A stretch of DNA of 64,000 nt. Origin: Phycisphaerae bacterium. GTDB taxonomy: Bacteria; Planctomycetota; Phycisphaerae; UBA1845. Shown here one piece after another: positions 53,278 through 63,512 of this stretch; the first letter of the stretch is position 1, and each line of letters starts with the position of its first letter. Location of the stretch: positions 1,864 to 65,863 of the forward strand of contig JAUIEW010000001.1 in assembly GCA_030429365.1 (NCBI GenBank), given 5' to 3'. Made by a program: the position numbers and the translations under genes. The notes beneath the pieces were generated by a model. That model had not been told where the DNA came from. It ran no database searches and was given only the letters and a program-made list of their open reading frames with translations.

Positions 53278-55122
53278 TTACTGTCCGCTTTGCTTGCGGA
53301 TGATTTGATCGAAGCTTCGGACCATCGAGCGATACCACGAATACACCACCACCGAATGAAGCGCCACGAAGACCGCCGTTCCGATGATGGCATTGATGCG
53401 GATGGCTCCGAGTTTGCTGACGTATTGAGCCGGGCTTTCGAGCATCGGCACAGGGTCGATCAACCCGAGGATCATCGTAAATGGCGTCGCCGGCGCGAGC
53501 GCCGATCCTAGGGCACCCGAATTCTCGACAATCGCCCTCCAGAAGGAATAAATGGCTGCATTGGCCACGAGCAAAACGGCCACCGCGAGCAACACCGCTT
53601 TGACGGTTTTCTTTTGCTTCAACGAAAAATGAAGCCCGAGCATGCACGCATAGGCGCTAAAGACGATCAGCGACGCGCCGACTTCGATGAATGTTTCGAT
53701 TGGAACGGCGCGTTCCGTTGGTTTTCGAACGAGATCGACGACCGCGAATACCAGCAAACTGATGATGGGCACGAGAATCAGCGGGATCACCGAACTCACC
53801 AATCCGCGAAGCTTGCCCCAGATAAGGTAGCGGCTGCTGATGGGCGTGGTCAGGGTGATGTCGAGCGTCTTGGTTTCCTTGTCCTTCGTGAGCGATGAGG
53901 CGGCCGTGTTGACGGCGATGAGCAGGACGATGGCGAACTCGATTGCAACGAGATTGGCCACCCAATGCCTTGTGACGCCAGCCGTGTAGACTGAACTCTG
54001 CTTGAGATACAGATACATCAATACGGCGAACCCGATGAAACCGCCGGCCATCACCCCATATCGCCCGATGCCGCGGCTCATTGCCGACGCGCGGGTGACA
54101 GCTTCTCGCCAGGCGATGGGATTGCCCCAGACTTGGTGTGGTTTGCGTGTGCGGTCGCCAGTTTTTCCGCGGCGGAAGAGGTCGGCCAACCGCGACCCGA
54201 TGCTGCTTTCGCCTTCCTTGGCGCCGCGTCGCACGAACAGCATGCTGAGTACGATCAAGCCAATGCTCAAGAGCAACGTCATCGCGATGTACATCATCTG
54301 CGGATAAGCCGCGAGGTATTGCTTTACGATGCCGTATTCGGCGACGGCTGCGATGTCCGGCGCGGCGACCCGATTGAGCGTGACATCGAGCGCCATGAAG
54401 GGATGGAACGCAGCCAGCCAACTGAGTTGTTCGCCAGTGACGGGATTGATCGGCGCTTCGGCGATTCGGAACTGCGTCGCATAGGTTCCGATCGCGTAAA
54501 CAGCCGCCAGGTACAACGCGATCGCAAAGAAAAATGAGAAGATCGTTCGTCTTGTGCCGACACGAATCATGCTGATGGCGATAGCCAGCGAGCCCGTGAG
54601 GACCGCCGTCGAGCCGGCGATCGAGAAACTCATCACAATCTGATCGGTCGTCACCCCGCCATAGATCATCGTTGAAAAGAAAATCGGCAGGCCTGCAAGC
54701 AATAGCACAATCACGAAATACAACCGGCTTAGCAGCGAACCGATGACGATCTGCGCGTTGGACAGCGGCGTTGACAGCAGAATGTTGAACGTTTGCGAGT
54801 CGCGTTCCTGCGTGATTGCGCCGGCTGTGAACACGGGCGCAAGAAAGCACATCAATGCCAATTGGGTGATGGACGCCACCATGAACGTGACCGAAGCGCC
54901 TTTGGCCAGGTCAGCCAGCGATGCCGAACCGGATGAACTGCGGGTCAGCAGCATGACCATGACGACGGCAAACAGAACGGCCAAATATCCAAACCGAAGC
55001 CACAGATGCCGACTTCGCCGCGACATCGCATACACCACCCGCACGAGGATCGGGTTGGCTGGTAGGAGGTACCAGAACCATGCAAGCAGTCGTGATGAAA
55101 GTGGCGAAGCGGACTCGGACAT
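53278..55122 (-). CDS. ABC-2-type transporter permease, large (about 12 TM)
   Basis: 614-aa polytopic hydrophobic protein directly downstream of an ABC ATPase. Confidence 0.7.
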   Translation of the reverse strand: MSESASPLSSRLLAWFWYLLPANPILVRVVYAMSRRSRHLWLRFGYLAVLFAVVMVMLLTRSSSGSASLADLAKGASVTFMVASITQLALMCFLAPVFTAGAITQERDSQTFNILLSTPLSNAQIVIGSLLSRLYFVIVLLLAGLPIFFSTMIYGGVTTDQIVMSFSIAGSTAVLTGSLAIAISMIRVGTRRTIFSFFFAIALYLAAVYAIGTYATQFRIAEAPINPVTGEQLSWLAAFHPFMALDVTLNRVAAPDIAAVAEYGIVKQYLAAYPQMMYIAMTLLLSIGLIVLSMLFVRRGAKEGESSIGSRLADLFRRGKTGDRTRKPHQVWGNPIAWREAVTRASAMSRGIGRYGVMAGGFIGFAVLMYLYLKQSSVYTAGVTRHWVANLVAIEFAIVLLIAVNTAASSLTKDKETKTLDITLTTPISSRYLIWGKLRGLVSSVIPLILVPIISLLVFAVVDLVRKPTERAVPIETFIEVGASLIVFSAYACMLGLHFSLKQKKTVKAVLLAVAVLLVANAAIYSFWRAIVENSGALGSALAPATPFTMILGLIDPVPMLESPAQYVSKLGAIRINAIIGTAVFVALHSVVVYSWYRSMVRSFDQIIRKQSGQ

Positions 55123-55155
55123 TGAAACCTTTGGAGCTGAAGGAAATCCCGTGGT

Positions 55156-56085
<930 letters not shown>

Positions 56086-56158
56086 GAATTCGTTGTCCTT
56101 ACATAATCAGTCGCAGGCGGTGGTCGTTGTTGAATCCCGGCGTCACCTTACCTCGCGT

Positions 56159-58555
56159 CTATTGCGCGTCCACTGGAACGACCATTCGATACACCGTCCA
56201 GGCCTGGCTGGGCTTGACCGGCTCGTATGCGTCTGAACCAACTCTCGTCGCCAAACGAATCGGGCCGGGGTCTCTGCTGAAACCAATGAATATCGCGGAT
56301 CGACTCGACAGCAAATGACTCATGTCAAGCTGGCGGCATCGGTTGCGCGAAAACAGCGGGTAACCGACGATGGGCGATTTCCGGAAACTCAGCGGGTCGA
56401 TCTCAGACACCAAGGTCGACAGCAGCACCGCGTTTTCATATTGGTTCAGGTCAAAGCGTCGATTTTCAGAATCGATGCCAAGGCCGTCGTTTTGTGCGGC
56501 TGTCGCGCGACGGCGACCCCACTGCGTTTGAGTCTTACGGAAGCTACGACTCTCCCGTTTTTTTTGCGAGAGCAATGTGCCAATATCGTTTTCATAGATT
56601 CGAGAGAATAGATCCAATCGCTCTCCCTCAGCCAACCGCCCCAAGGGGATCGCACGCAGTTCTTCGATTTCACCGCGTTGCTGAACCAGGTTGAAGAATT
56701 TTCCCGGCTCATAGAGATCGCGCGGTGCGAAGATCAGATAACACTTCTCCAGATCAACGCCCAGGTTGTTTTCGATCCAACTGCCCTCGGCGATGATTCT
56801 CTCGGAATCGAAAGAACCCGATTCGTCGTCTTCAGGCATCTCGCGTTCCGTCGAACTGATGGATGAAACGATGGACCCGGAAAGCGAACCCTTCCAACGA
56901 CCTTCAAACTGCTTGAGCGTCGCCCGCAAGAGCACGTCCTGAATCTCCGCGGTCGCCGGCCGAATGCGGTAGCGGGCTGGATCAGTAAACGCTGAGTTTT
57001 CCAGCCCCATACGCGAACTGCTAAGCATCGGATGAAGGACGCACGCGGACGGTCCGGGTTCGTCACTGAGTAGCGGGTCTTGCGGGAGCCAAACGTCGAG
57101 GACGTTCTTGGTGCTGGATGTCAACCCGAAGTACGCAGTTCCATGCGCCTGCACGGAGTTGGAAGTGCCATCGACGATGGTGAGTTGGTGCAAGGTTCGG
57201 CCAATCCCGTGAACGCTCTGCACGCCGATGATACTCAAGAGGCTTGCAATCCCACCGACGATCGCCAGCGCCGTCCAACTGTGTTTGAGCATCTTGCGCG
57301 ATTGCAGCAGACGCCACGCTCCAAACGTCGCCACCAAGACGTAAAGCATGCAGAAGAGGATCGCGACGGCCAACCTGGCGCCGCTGATGCCATGGAACCC
57401 GACGACGCCGTCGATATCGGGAAAGAGGTCGAGGTACGTCGAACCGATTTCGCTGCTGATCGGATTGCGGCGCAGTTCGAGGACGCGCCGGAAGAATTCG
57501 GTCGGGCGGATGGTCGAATCGCCAAGCAAGTCTTGAATGGTTGCGGCGAGATACACGATGTTGCCACGTTCGACGCGCCGCTTCGCCAGGATGACGCCGT
57601 CGATCGAATCCTCAATGAGCATGTTCGTCACCGATGGATCGGCGATGGGCTCGCACTTGGTGATGGTAAAAGCGCGGGGGTAGTTGTCGTCGGTGTTGCC
57701 CAACTTCATCAATTCCGACCGAACTTTCGGCAGGTGCGATGTGGTCAGGTTTTTGCCCAGTCGAGCGGGAAGCAGCGGGCCGATGTGGGTGGATTGAGCG
57801 AGCGTGCTTGACGTTCGGGCGGCGGCCAACACGAGTGTGCCGCCATGTTTGACCCATTCGACGAGGGCTTGCTCCTGTTGTTCGGTGATGGTCGTGGTGT
57901 CGGCATCGTCCCAGACAACGCAGTCGATGGGGTCCAGCCCGAACCACTTGTTGGGCAGGCCTGCCGGTGAAAGGTGCGCGATCTGAATCAGTCGATCGAA
58001 CATGTCGATGTTGTCGGATTCGCGCAGTTCGCGGATGCGCCCCATCGCGCGCTCGGATACATCGAGCACGAGGTACTGATTGTCATCGACGAATTCGGGT
58101 TCGACGGGGGGTTCCATCGCCGAGACCAGCGACGGTCCAGAAATCACTTTGACGAGCTTGCCGGGATCGTCTTCGTCTTCGGTGGCGAACAGTTCGACGT
58201 AGAAATTCTGCGCCTTGCCCGTTGGTCGGCTGGCGATTGTGTACATCCAGTATCGCTGCTGTTCTCCGCCGTCGGCGAAAAGATGCACCGCGACACTATC
58301 GACATACACGTCGCCATCGCGATCATACTGCCGCAGGCGCAGTTCGCCGTCGAAGGAAGATTGGCCTTGCAAACGCAGATCGACGAGCACCGGTGTCCAT
58401 GCGCCGTGGCGGACAGCCGACCCGCTTTCGCTGGCGATGGGATAGCCAACGCGCAGAATGTCACCGACGATCTCGGCGGAAACGGTGCCCGGGAAAAGCA
58501 CCATGGCCGACACAATCAGCAGTAGAGAACAGGGATTTCGACGCGCCAGTTGCAT
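56159..58555 (-). CDS. Large secreted/membrane protein (799 aa), possible auxiliary component of the adjacent ABC system
   Basis: Start reassigned to ATG 58555 (MQLARRNPCSLLLIVSAMVLFPGTVSA signal). Mid-protein TM pair (LAVAILFCMLYVLVATFGAW, ALAIVGGIASLLSIIGV). The upstream extension runs through the REP palindrome. Confidence 0.65.
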   Translation of the reverse strand: MQLARRNPCSLLLIVSAMVLFPGTVSAEIVGDILRVGYPIASESGSAVRHGAWTPVLVDLRLQGQSSFDGELRLRQYDRDGDVYVDSVAVHLFADGGEQQRYWMYTIASRPTGKAQNFYVELFATEDEDDPGKLVKVISGPSLVSAMEPPVEPEFVDDNQYLVLDVSERAMGRIRELRESDNIDMFDRLIQIAHLSPAGLPNKWFGLDPIDCVVWDDADTTTITEQQEQALVEWVKHGGTLVLAAARTSSTLAQSTHIGPLLPARLGKNLTTSHLPKVRSELMKLGNTDDNYPRAFTITKCEPIADPSVTNMLIEDSIDGVILAKRRVERGNIVYLAATIQDLLGDSTIRPTEFFRRVLELRRNPISSEIGSTYLDLFPDIDGVVGFHGISGARLAVAILFCMLYVLVATFGAWRLLQSRKMLKHSWTALAIVGGIASLLSIIGVQSVHGIGRTLHQLTIVDGTSNSVQAHGTAYFGLTSSTKNVLDVWLPQDPLLSDEPGPSACVLHPMLSSSRMGLENSAFTDPARYRIRPATAEIQDVLLRATLKQFEGRWKGSLSGSIVSSISSTEREMPEDDESGSFDSERIIAEGSWIENNLGVDLEKCYLIFAPRDLYEPGKFFNLVQQRGEIEELRAIPLGRLAEGERLDLFSRIYENDIGTLLSQKKRESRSFRKTQTQWGRRRATAAQNDGLGIDSENRRFDLNQYENAVLLSTLVSEIDPLSFRKSPIVGYPLFSRNRCRQLDMSHLLSSRSAIFIGFSRDPGPIRLATRVGSDAYEPVKPSQAWTVYRMVVPVDAQ

Positions 58556-58712
58556 TGATTGTACCAAGACGACTCCAGTGCCCGAAGGTACTACCCATCT
58601 GGAATGTAGATGTCGCAGAATTCTATCCCGGCTGAACGGTCCAAACAACCGGGGCACATGCCAGTTGACCGTTGTGGACAAGTTTGCACCACTACAAAAT
58701 CCGCCGAAGATT

Positions 58713-58776
58713 GTAGGGTGGGCCGTGCCCACCACGTCGTTCGCATTCAAACGGCGGTGGGCACGGCCCACCCTAC
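58713..58776. repeat. 64-nt GTAG-headed REP doublet (second copy)
   Basis: gtagggtgggccgtgcccaccacgtcgttcgcattcaaacggcggtgggcacggcccaccctac. Same orientation and near-identical loop as 30138-30202. Confidence 0.85.
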
Positions 58777-58888
58777 TTTGAATGTCGAAGCGTGTCGTGT
58801 TGGATGACGTCGACTTTGGATATACGCGCACGCTGCAAACCGCTCGCGCTGACTTATCTAGGCTCAAACATATTCAAGAGGTTCCCGT

Positions 58889-59821
58889 ATGTCGCGATCG
58901 TTAATCTTGCTGGCTGGCTACATGCTCATCGGTGGATTGACGCCGGTGTTTGGCAAGTGGGCGGTGGCTGAGATTCCCTGGGGAATGCTGGCGTGGTTTC
59001 GTTTTGGAATCGCGGGGAGCCTCCTTGCGCTGACGCTTCGACTGCGCGGGCGATCGCTGCCGGTGACGCGGTCGAATCTCAAATCATTTCTGGGCGTTGC
59101 GATTCTTTGCGTGCCCTTGAATCAGTTGAGTTTTCTGATCGGTCTGAAGTTTGCGAACGCGAGTCATGCGGGCATTTTTTATGCGATGAATCCGGTGCTG
59201 GTTTTCTGCGGCGGTGTGCTGCTGGGTCAAACGGTGTTTCGACTGGAATTGTTCTGGGCGTCGATGCTGTCGTTTGGCGGGGCTGCGCTGGTGACGCTTT
59301 CGACCGGAGAGGGGGGTGGCTGGTCCATCGATCCGAAAATGCTCACGGGCGACTTGCTGCTGTTGATGGCGATCGTGACGTGGTCGACGTTCAGCCTGTT
59401 GAGCAAACCGCTGATCGCAAAACACGGTGCGCTGGCGACGCTGGCGTCGGTGTTTCTGCTGGGCACGCTGATGCAGACGCCGTTTGCCGTCTGGGATTTT
59501 GTGCACCACGTTGGGGCGATGTCGCTCACAAGCCGCGGGGTTCTTGGGTTTGGCTATCTCACGCTGATCACCAGTTACGTAAACTACATGCTTTGGTACG
59601 TCGTCATCGATCGCCACGAATTGACCAAAACCAGCGTATTGGTCAACGCGAATTTTCTCATCACCATCTTCTTCGGATGGCTGTTTCAAGGCGATCAGGT
59701 CAATGCCCTGTTCGTCATCGGCGGTGCGTGTACACTGTTGGGCATCGTGCTGGTGATTCGGGATCGATTGATCTCCCGCAATCAGTCAGTCAATCACGAT
59801 CGAAACGTCGAACGTGCGTAA
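58889..59821 (+). CDS. DMT-superfamily transporter (EamA-like, 10 TM)
   Basis: 310 aa with two EamA-like halves of hydrophobic helices. Confidence 0.75.
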   Translation: MSRSLILLAGYMLIGGLTPVFGKWAVAEIPWGMLAWFRFGIAGSLLALTLRLRGRSLPVTRSNLKSFLGVAILCVPLNQLSFLIGLKFANASHAGIFYAMNPVLVFCGGVLLGQTVFRLELFWASMLSFGGAALVTLSTGEGGGWSIDPKMLTGDLLLLMAIVTWSTFSLLSKPLIAKHGALATLASVFLLGTLMQTPFAVWDFVHHVGAMSLTSRGVLGFGYLTLITSYVNYMLWYVVIDRHELTKTSVLVNANFLITIFFGWLFQGDQVNALFVIGGACTLLGIVLVIRDRLISRNQSVNHDRNVERA

Positions 59822-59835
59822 TTTGTTTTTCGAGA

Positions 59836-60246
59836 ATGCCAATGTCGTCAGGTCCAAACAAAACACCCAAACCGCCGCGCAACGAACCCGACATCCGCGT
59901 CGTCATGATGCCGCGCGACACCAACGGTGAAGGCACCATCTTCGGCGGTGTGATCCTCAGTTACATCGACCAAGCCGCCTACGTCGAAGCGCGTCGCCAG
60001 GCGGCGTATCGATACGTCACCGTGTCGATGAAGGAAGTCGTCTTCAAAGAACCGGTGCACGTGGGCGATGTCCTCAGCCTCTACGGACAGACCACGCGGA
60101 TCGGTCGCACGTCGATGACCATCAGCGTGAAGGTGATGGCCGAGCGGTTCGCCAATCATCCGGAAATCGCCCAGGTCACCGAAGCCGAGGTGGTGATGGT
60201 GGCGATCGGCGACGACCGCAAACCGCGGGAAATCGAGATCGACTGA
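59836..60246 (+). CDS. Acyl-CoA thioesterase (hotdog fold, YciA-like)
   Basis: VMMPRDTNGEGTIFGGVILSYIDQAAYVEA ... GRTSMTISVKV. This is the in-frame tail of the spurious long ORF 58993-60246. Confidence 0.8.
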   Translation: MPMSSGPNKTPKPPRNEPDIRVVMMPRDTNGEGTIFGGVILSYIDQAAYVEARRQAAYRYVTVSMKEVVFKEPVHVGDVLSLYGQTTRIGRTSMTISVKVMAERFANHPEIAQVTEAEVVMVAIGDDRKPREIEID

Positions 60247-60422
60247 CCGGCCGGCGTGTTGGCCATTCGCCCGTCTTCGCACCGCCAACCCGGTTGCGGC
60301 CAAGGCGGTTGTGGCGCTCCTGCGGGCGGGCGGCGATATTGTTCTTGAGAAGTAAGGTCGGGCCTGAAACAATAAGGGGTCTGTACGCGAAAACCGGTTA
60401 ATTCGGTGAAGGCAATTATTTG

Positions 60423-61019
60423 ATGAGTGGTTTCGATTCAACCCGGGCAACGCTGCTGCTGCGACTCCGCGATCGGACGGACAAGCTGAGCTGGCAGGAA
60501 TTTCACGAGCGCTATGGCGAGCTGCTGCTGCGGTATGCGCGCCGGCGTGGTGCGAAAGCTGAAGACGCCGAAGACATCGTGCAGGAAGTCGAGATGAGCC
60601 TGCTGTCGGCGCTCGATGGGTTTGAATACGACGCCAGCAAAGGGCGATTCCGCGCGTACCTGCGGACAGCCGTCGTTCGGGCGATGGGCCGCAAAGCCAA
60701 GAAGGACGAACGCCAGGGCGAGAACATGGACCCGGTCGCGTTCGACTATTTGGCGGCTGTCAAAGACAGCAACAACGATGAGAAGTGGGAGCAGGAATGG
60801 CGGATGCATCGCCTTCGCTGGGCCCTTCGGGAAATTGCCCCCGAATTTGAACCCCAAACGCTGGAAGCCTTCAAGCTCCACGTCTTAGGCGGCAAAACCG
60901 TAGACGAAACCGCGGAAGCCCTAGACCTGAGCAAAGCCAGCGTCTACCAAGCCAAATCCAGAGTGCTAAAAAGAGTCAAATCCCGCCTCGATGAAGTCGA
61001 TCCGGATGAGGATATGTGA
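60423..61019 (+). CDS. ECF-type RNA polymerase sigma factor
   Basis: Region 2-like WQEFHERYGELLLRYARRRG..DAEDIVQEV and region 4 HTH DETAEALDLSKASVYQAKSRVLKRV. Confidence 0.8.
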   Translation: MSGFDSTRATLLLRLRDRTDKLSWQEFHERYGELLLRYARRRGAKAEDAEDIVQEVEMSLLSALDGFEYDASKGRFRAYLRTAVVRAMGRKAKKDERQGENMDPVAFDYLAAVKDSNNDEKWEQEWRMHRLRWALREIAPEFEPQTLEAFKLHVLGGKTVDETAEALDLSKASVYQAKSRVLKRVKSRLDEVDPDEDM

Positions 61020-61081
61020 CCGGCGTTAAGCTCTTGCGCACCCTCCTAACGGTTTCCCGAAGGTTTCGCGTTCTGTATCTG

Positions 61082-62257
61082 TCAAACAGGACGTTCATCA
61101 TCGGTCCCGCTCTCGGCCACATCGCTGATCCCGACTCGCCTTGAAAGTTCGCGCAGGTCGCTCACGATCAGTCGCATCGGATCCAAGAGCGGCAATCGCT
61201 TGAAGTCATCTGCGACGGACCCAAGCACGTTTCTCGCATCTTCATCGCGGTTCTCTGAGATCAGTACGGCCGCCTCGCACCGCGCCCGGTTGCAGGGATC
61301 GTTCACAGAGTCTTGAACGCCATCCCAGCATCTTCGCGCGACGGCCGGATCATCGCGATGAAAACCTGAGAAAAATGCCAACTCCGTCTGAATGTCCATC
61401 ATCCACGAGACGTTTTCTTTTCGGCCGCCAACTTCTTGGAGCCGGTGCATGTACTGATCCGCCTCTTCGATTTCGTCGGCACTCAGCGCTGCATAGTAAG
61501 CGTAATGCAGTCCAACGATTTCGACTGAAGACGGCGTGGACGGGTCCGTGATCAATCGGCGGAGTTTCTCATCGAAAGCGTCGAACCTGGTCCCATTGGC
61601 GGCCGAATAGGCGACGGCCATGACTGCGGTGCAGGCGAGGGACGCTTCATTTTCATGAGCGAGAATCTTGAGATATTCCCCATCGGCGCCCTTGATGAGG
61701 GGCAGGGTATTCAGCAAGTTGATGACGAATCCAAGGATAGCGCTTGATCTGACGGCCGAGACAATGGCCGCATCCGCCGGATAAACTGAGCCAAGATAGA
61801 ACCAGCCAACCAGTGCGACTGTGGATCCCAGGAATCCGAAGAATGGCCCCCCAGCGTATTGCAGAAACAAGCGTTTTCGCAGCTTGGGAATGTCGGCGTA
61901 GTGAATCGGACCGCTTGGTGTGCCGCCGCCCTGGCCGAATTCAAAGCAGGGGCTGAGGCTCCATATCTTCCCGCATCGCATGATTTGGAGGGGAAACACG
62001 GCGATGGTCAGAAAGCGGAACCCAACCGCGAAGCCGGCAACCACATGGCCGACCTCATGGATGAACATCTGGCTGACCACGCCAAACGCGATGACCCGCC
62101 AATCGAATCCGTTGACCTTGCTGAGCGGAGACTGGATGAGCAGCGAGTAGGCTGGGTAAAGCCAAAGAAGACCGGCCGCGAACACCGCAATGATCAACAC
62201 GCCGATGCGCCCCGTGGCGGCGACTGTTTGGGTTTTTCTCTTGCGGTCAATCTTCAT
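61082..62257 (-). CDS. Site-2-protease-like (M50) membrane metalloprotease with C-terminal helical (TPR-like) domain
   Basis: HEVGH inside a TM helix (MFIHEVGHVVAGF) and second S2P motif NLLNTLPLIKGADG. The C-terminal ~190 aa are soluble and helical. Confidence 0.7.
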   Translation of the reverse strand: MKIDRKRKTQTVAATGRIGVLIIAVFAAGLLWLYPAYSLLIQSPLSKVNGFDWRVIAFGVVSQMFIHEVGHVVAGFAVGFRFLTIAVFPLQIMRCGKIWSLSPCFEFGQGGGTPSGPIHYADIPKLRKRLFLQYAGGPFFGFLGSTVALVGWFYLGSVYPADAAIVSAVRSSAILGFVINLLNTLPLIKGADGEYLKILAHENEASLACTAVMAVAYSAANGTRFDAFDEKLRRLITDPSTPSSVEIVGLHYAYYAALSADEIEEADQYMHRLQEVGGRKENVSWMMDIQTELAFFSGFHRDDPAVARRCWDGVQDSVNDPCNRARCEAAVLISENRDEDARNVLGSVADDFKRLPLLDPMRLIVSDLRELSRRVGISDVAESGTDDERPV

Positions 62258-62459
62258 AAATATCGTACCGGTGCAGCATTATTCATCGATACTGGTCCAA
62301 ACCAATTATGTAACCACTGAACTCACTCAGAGTTGAATTGCAGCCGACGGAAAGGGTGCATTTGCGAGACGCTGATAATGAACTTCCACGCCGGAGTCAA
62401 ATTCCGTCGCGACGAAGTCGATGCGGATGAAGGTGCATGGAACGGGTTTTTCAATTGCC

Positions 62460-62855
62460 TCACGACACGGGACGCACGTCGGCCTCGCGATACCAATATC
62501 GCCAAATCATGCTGGCAAGCAGTCCCCCAAGGACGTAATGAAAAACGTCCATGTGATCCGCGATCGCCGGGTGGGCAACGTCTGTTTGTAGCGGCAGCAG
62601 GATTTCGAAGACGATTGATAAAACGACAATCAGGATGAGTATCTCGTGCGCTAGCGGTACCTCATCGTGGTGCCGCATGCGGAGTTTTCGTTGGGCGAAT
62701 AGCATGATCGGGATGACGAATGGAATGCATATCAAATCGTTCACATGATCGTGGACGAAGCCATCTTCCCATAACCGCTTCAGGATGAATCGATTGATGA
62801 CATAGGTGAAAGCGCAGAGCAGAAACAAAGGGTCGCGCAGGTACTTGAATCTCAT
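62460..62855 (-). CDS. Small polytopic membrane protein, hypothetical
   Basis: 131 aa, 4 hydrophobic segments, lower-GC codon usage. Starts 3 nt after the upstream gene's stop. Confidence 0.5.
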   Translation of the reverse strand: MRFKYLRDPLFLLCAFTYVINRFILKRLWEDGFVHDHVNDLICIPFVIPIMLFAQRKLRMRHHDEVPLAHEILILIVVLSIVFEILLPLQTDVAHPAIADHMDVFHYVLGGLLASMIWRYWYREADVRPVS

Positions 62856-62858
62856 GAC

Positions 62859-63512
62859 TTAGTGACCCTGGGGTGCGTGAAGGAAGACCAATGGAGCGGC
62901 TACGAGCAATGAGAATATAAGAGTGACGATCAGATTCGACAGGACGGTCTCGCGTACTCCTCTATCGTGCTGCTTCTTTGATTCGGTGTAGTACATGCCC
63001 ATTGCGAGCAGTGCGGAGGCAATGCACGCTCCAAGCATGCCCTTGGTGTTTAAGTTAAACGCAAATTGCCAAAATGTCGGGCCGCAATTCTGCCAATTGT
63101 TGTTCACGAACTTTCTTGTATTGTCCATGCAAAGATCGTTGTCCATCCCTCGGCCGCCGCTCGCGCCATCCCTGCCGAGCGAGCAGACAATAAAACCTTC
63201 GTCGGTCTGCGTGTACGTAACCGGATTCTTCCAGTGGTCAATTACATTGCCGTCTTGGTCGACCTTGAGATTCGTGCCGTCAAGAGCCGCAAGCTCGCTT
63301 AACGTGGCGGGTAGCTTGCCTGTGTCCTCGCGATACGTTTCGATGCTCGCGACGACCCGTTGAAGCGTGCTATGCATTGCCATTCGGTACGACGCCACGT
63401 AAGGTGAAGTTCCCATCCCCCGCCAAGCGGCTATGTAGGCCACGACGAATACGCAAAGCCCCAAGAGCAACGTGATGACGATCCGTTTCGCCGTTTCGCT
63501 TGTTTCCTGCAA
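62859..63512 (-). CDS. Membrane protein carrying a T2SS GspG-like periplasmic domain but no prepilin leader
   Basis: TTG start with AGGAG 8 nt upstream. TM1, then GKLPATLSELAAL...DHWKNPVTYTQTDEGFIVCSLGRDGASGG (GspG C-domain-like), then two C-terminal TM segments. Confidence 0.55.
   Translation of the reverse strand: MQETSETAKRIVITLLLGLCVFVVAYIAAWRGMGTSPYVASYRMAMHSTLQRVVASIETYREDTGKLPATLSELAALDGTNLKVDQDGNVIDHWKNPVTYTQTDEGFIVCSLGRDGASGGRGMDNDLCMDNTRKFVNNNWQNCGPTFWQFAFNLNTKGMLGACIASALLAMGMYYTESKKQHDRGVRETVLSNLIVTLIFSLLVAAPLVFLHAPQGH

Noticed and set aside
53657-54850. 397-aa minus-strand ORF in an alternative frame of the ABC-2 permease
   Set aside because: The product is Arg/His-rich with no hydrophobic structure. 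The overlapping 614-aa frame gives a coherent polytopic membrane protein.
58993-59835. N-terminal 281 codons of the 417-aa ORF 58993-60246
   Set aside because: This part overlaps the DMT transporter gene in another frame and is Arg/Gly-rich. Only the last 136 codons (from ATG 59836) match an acyl-CoA thioesterase.
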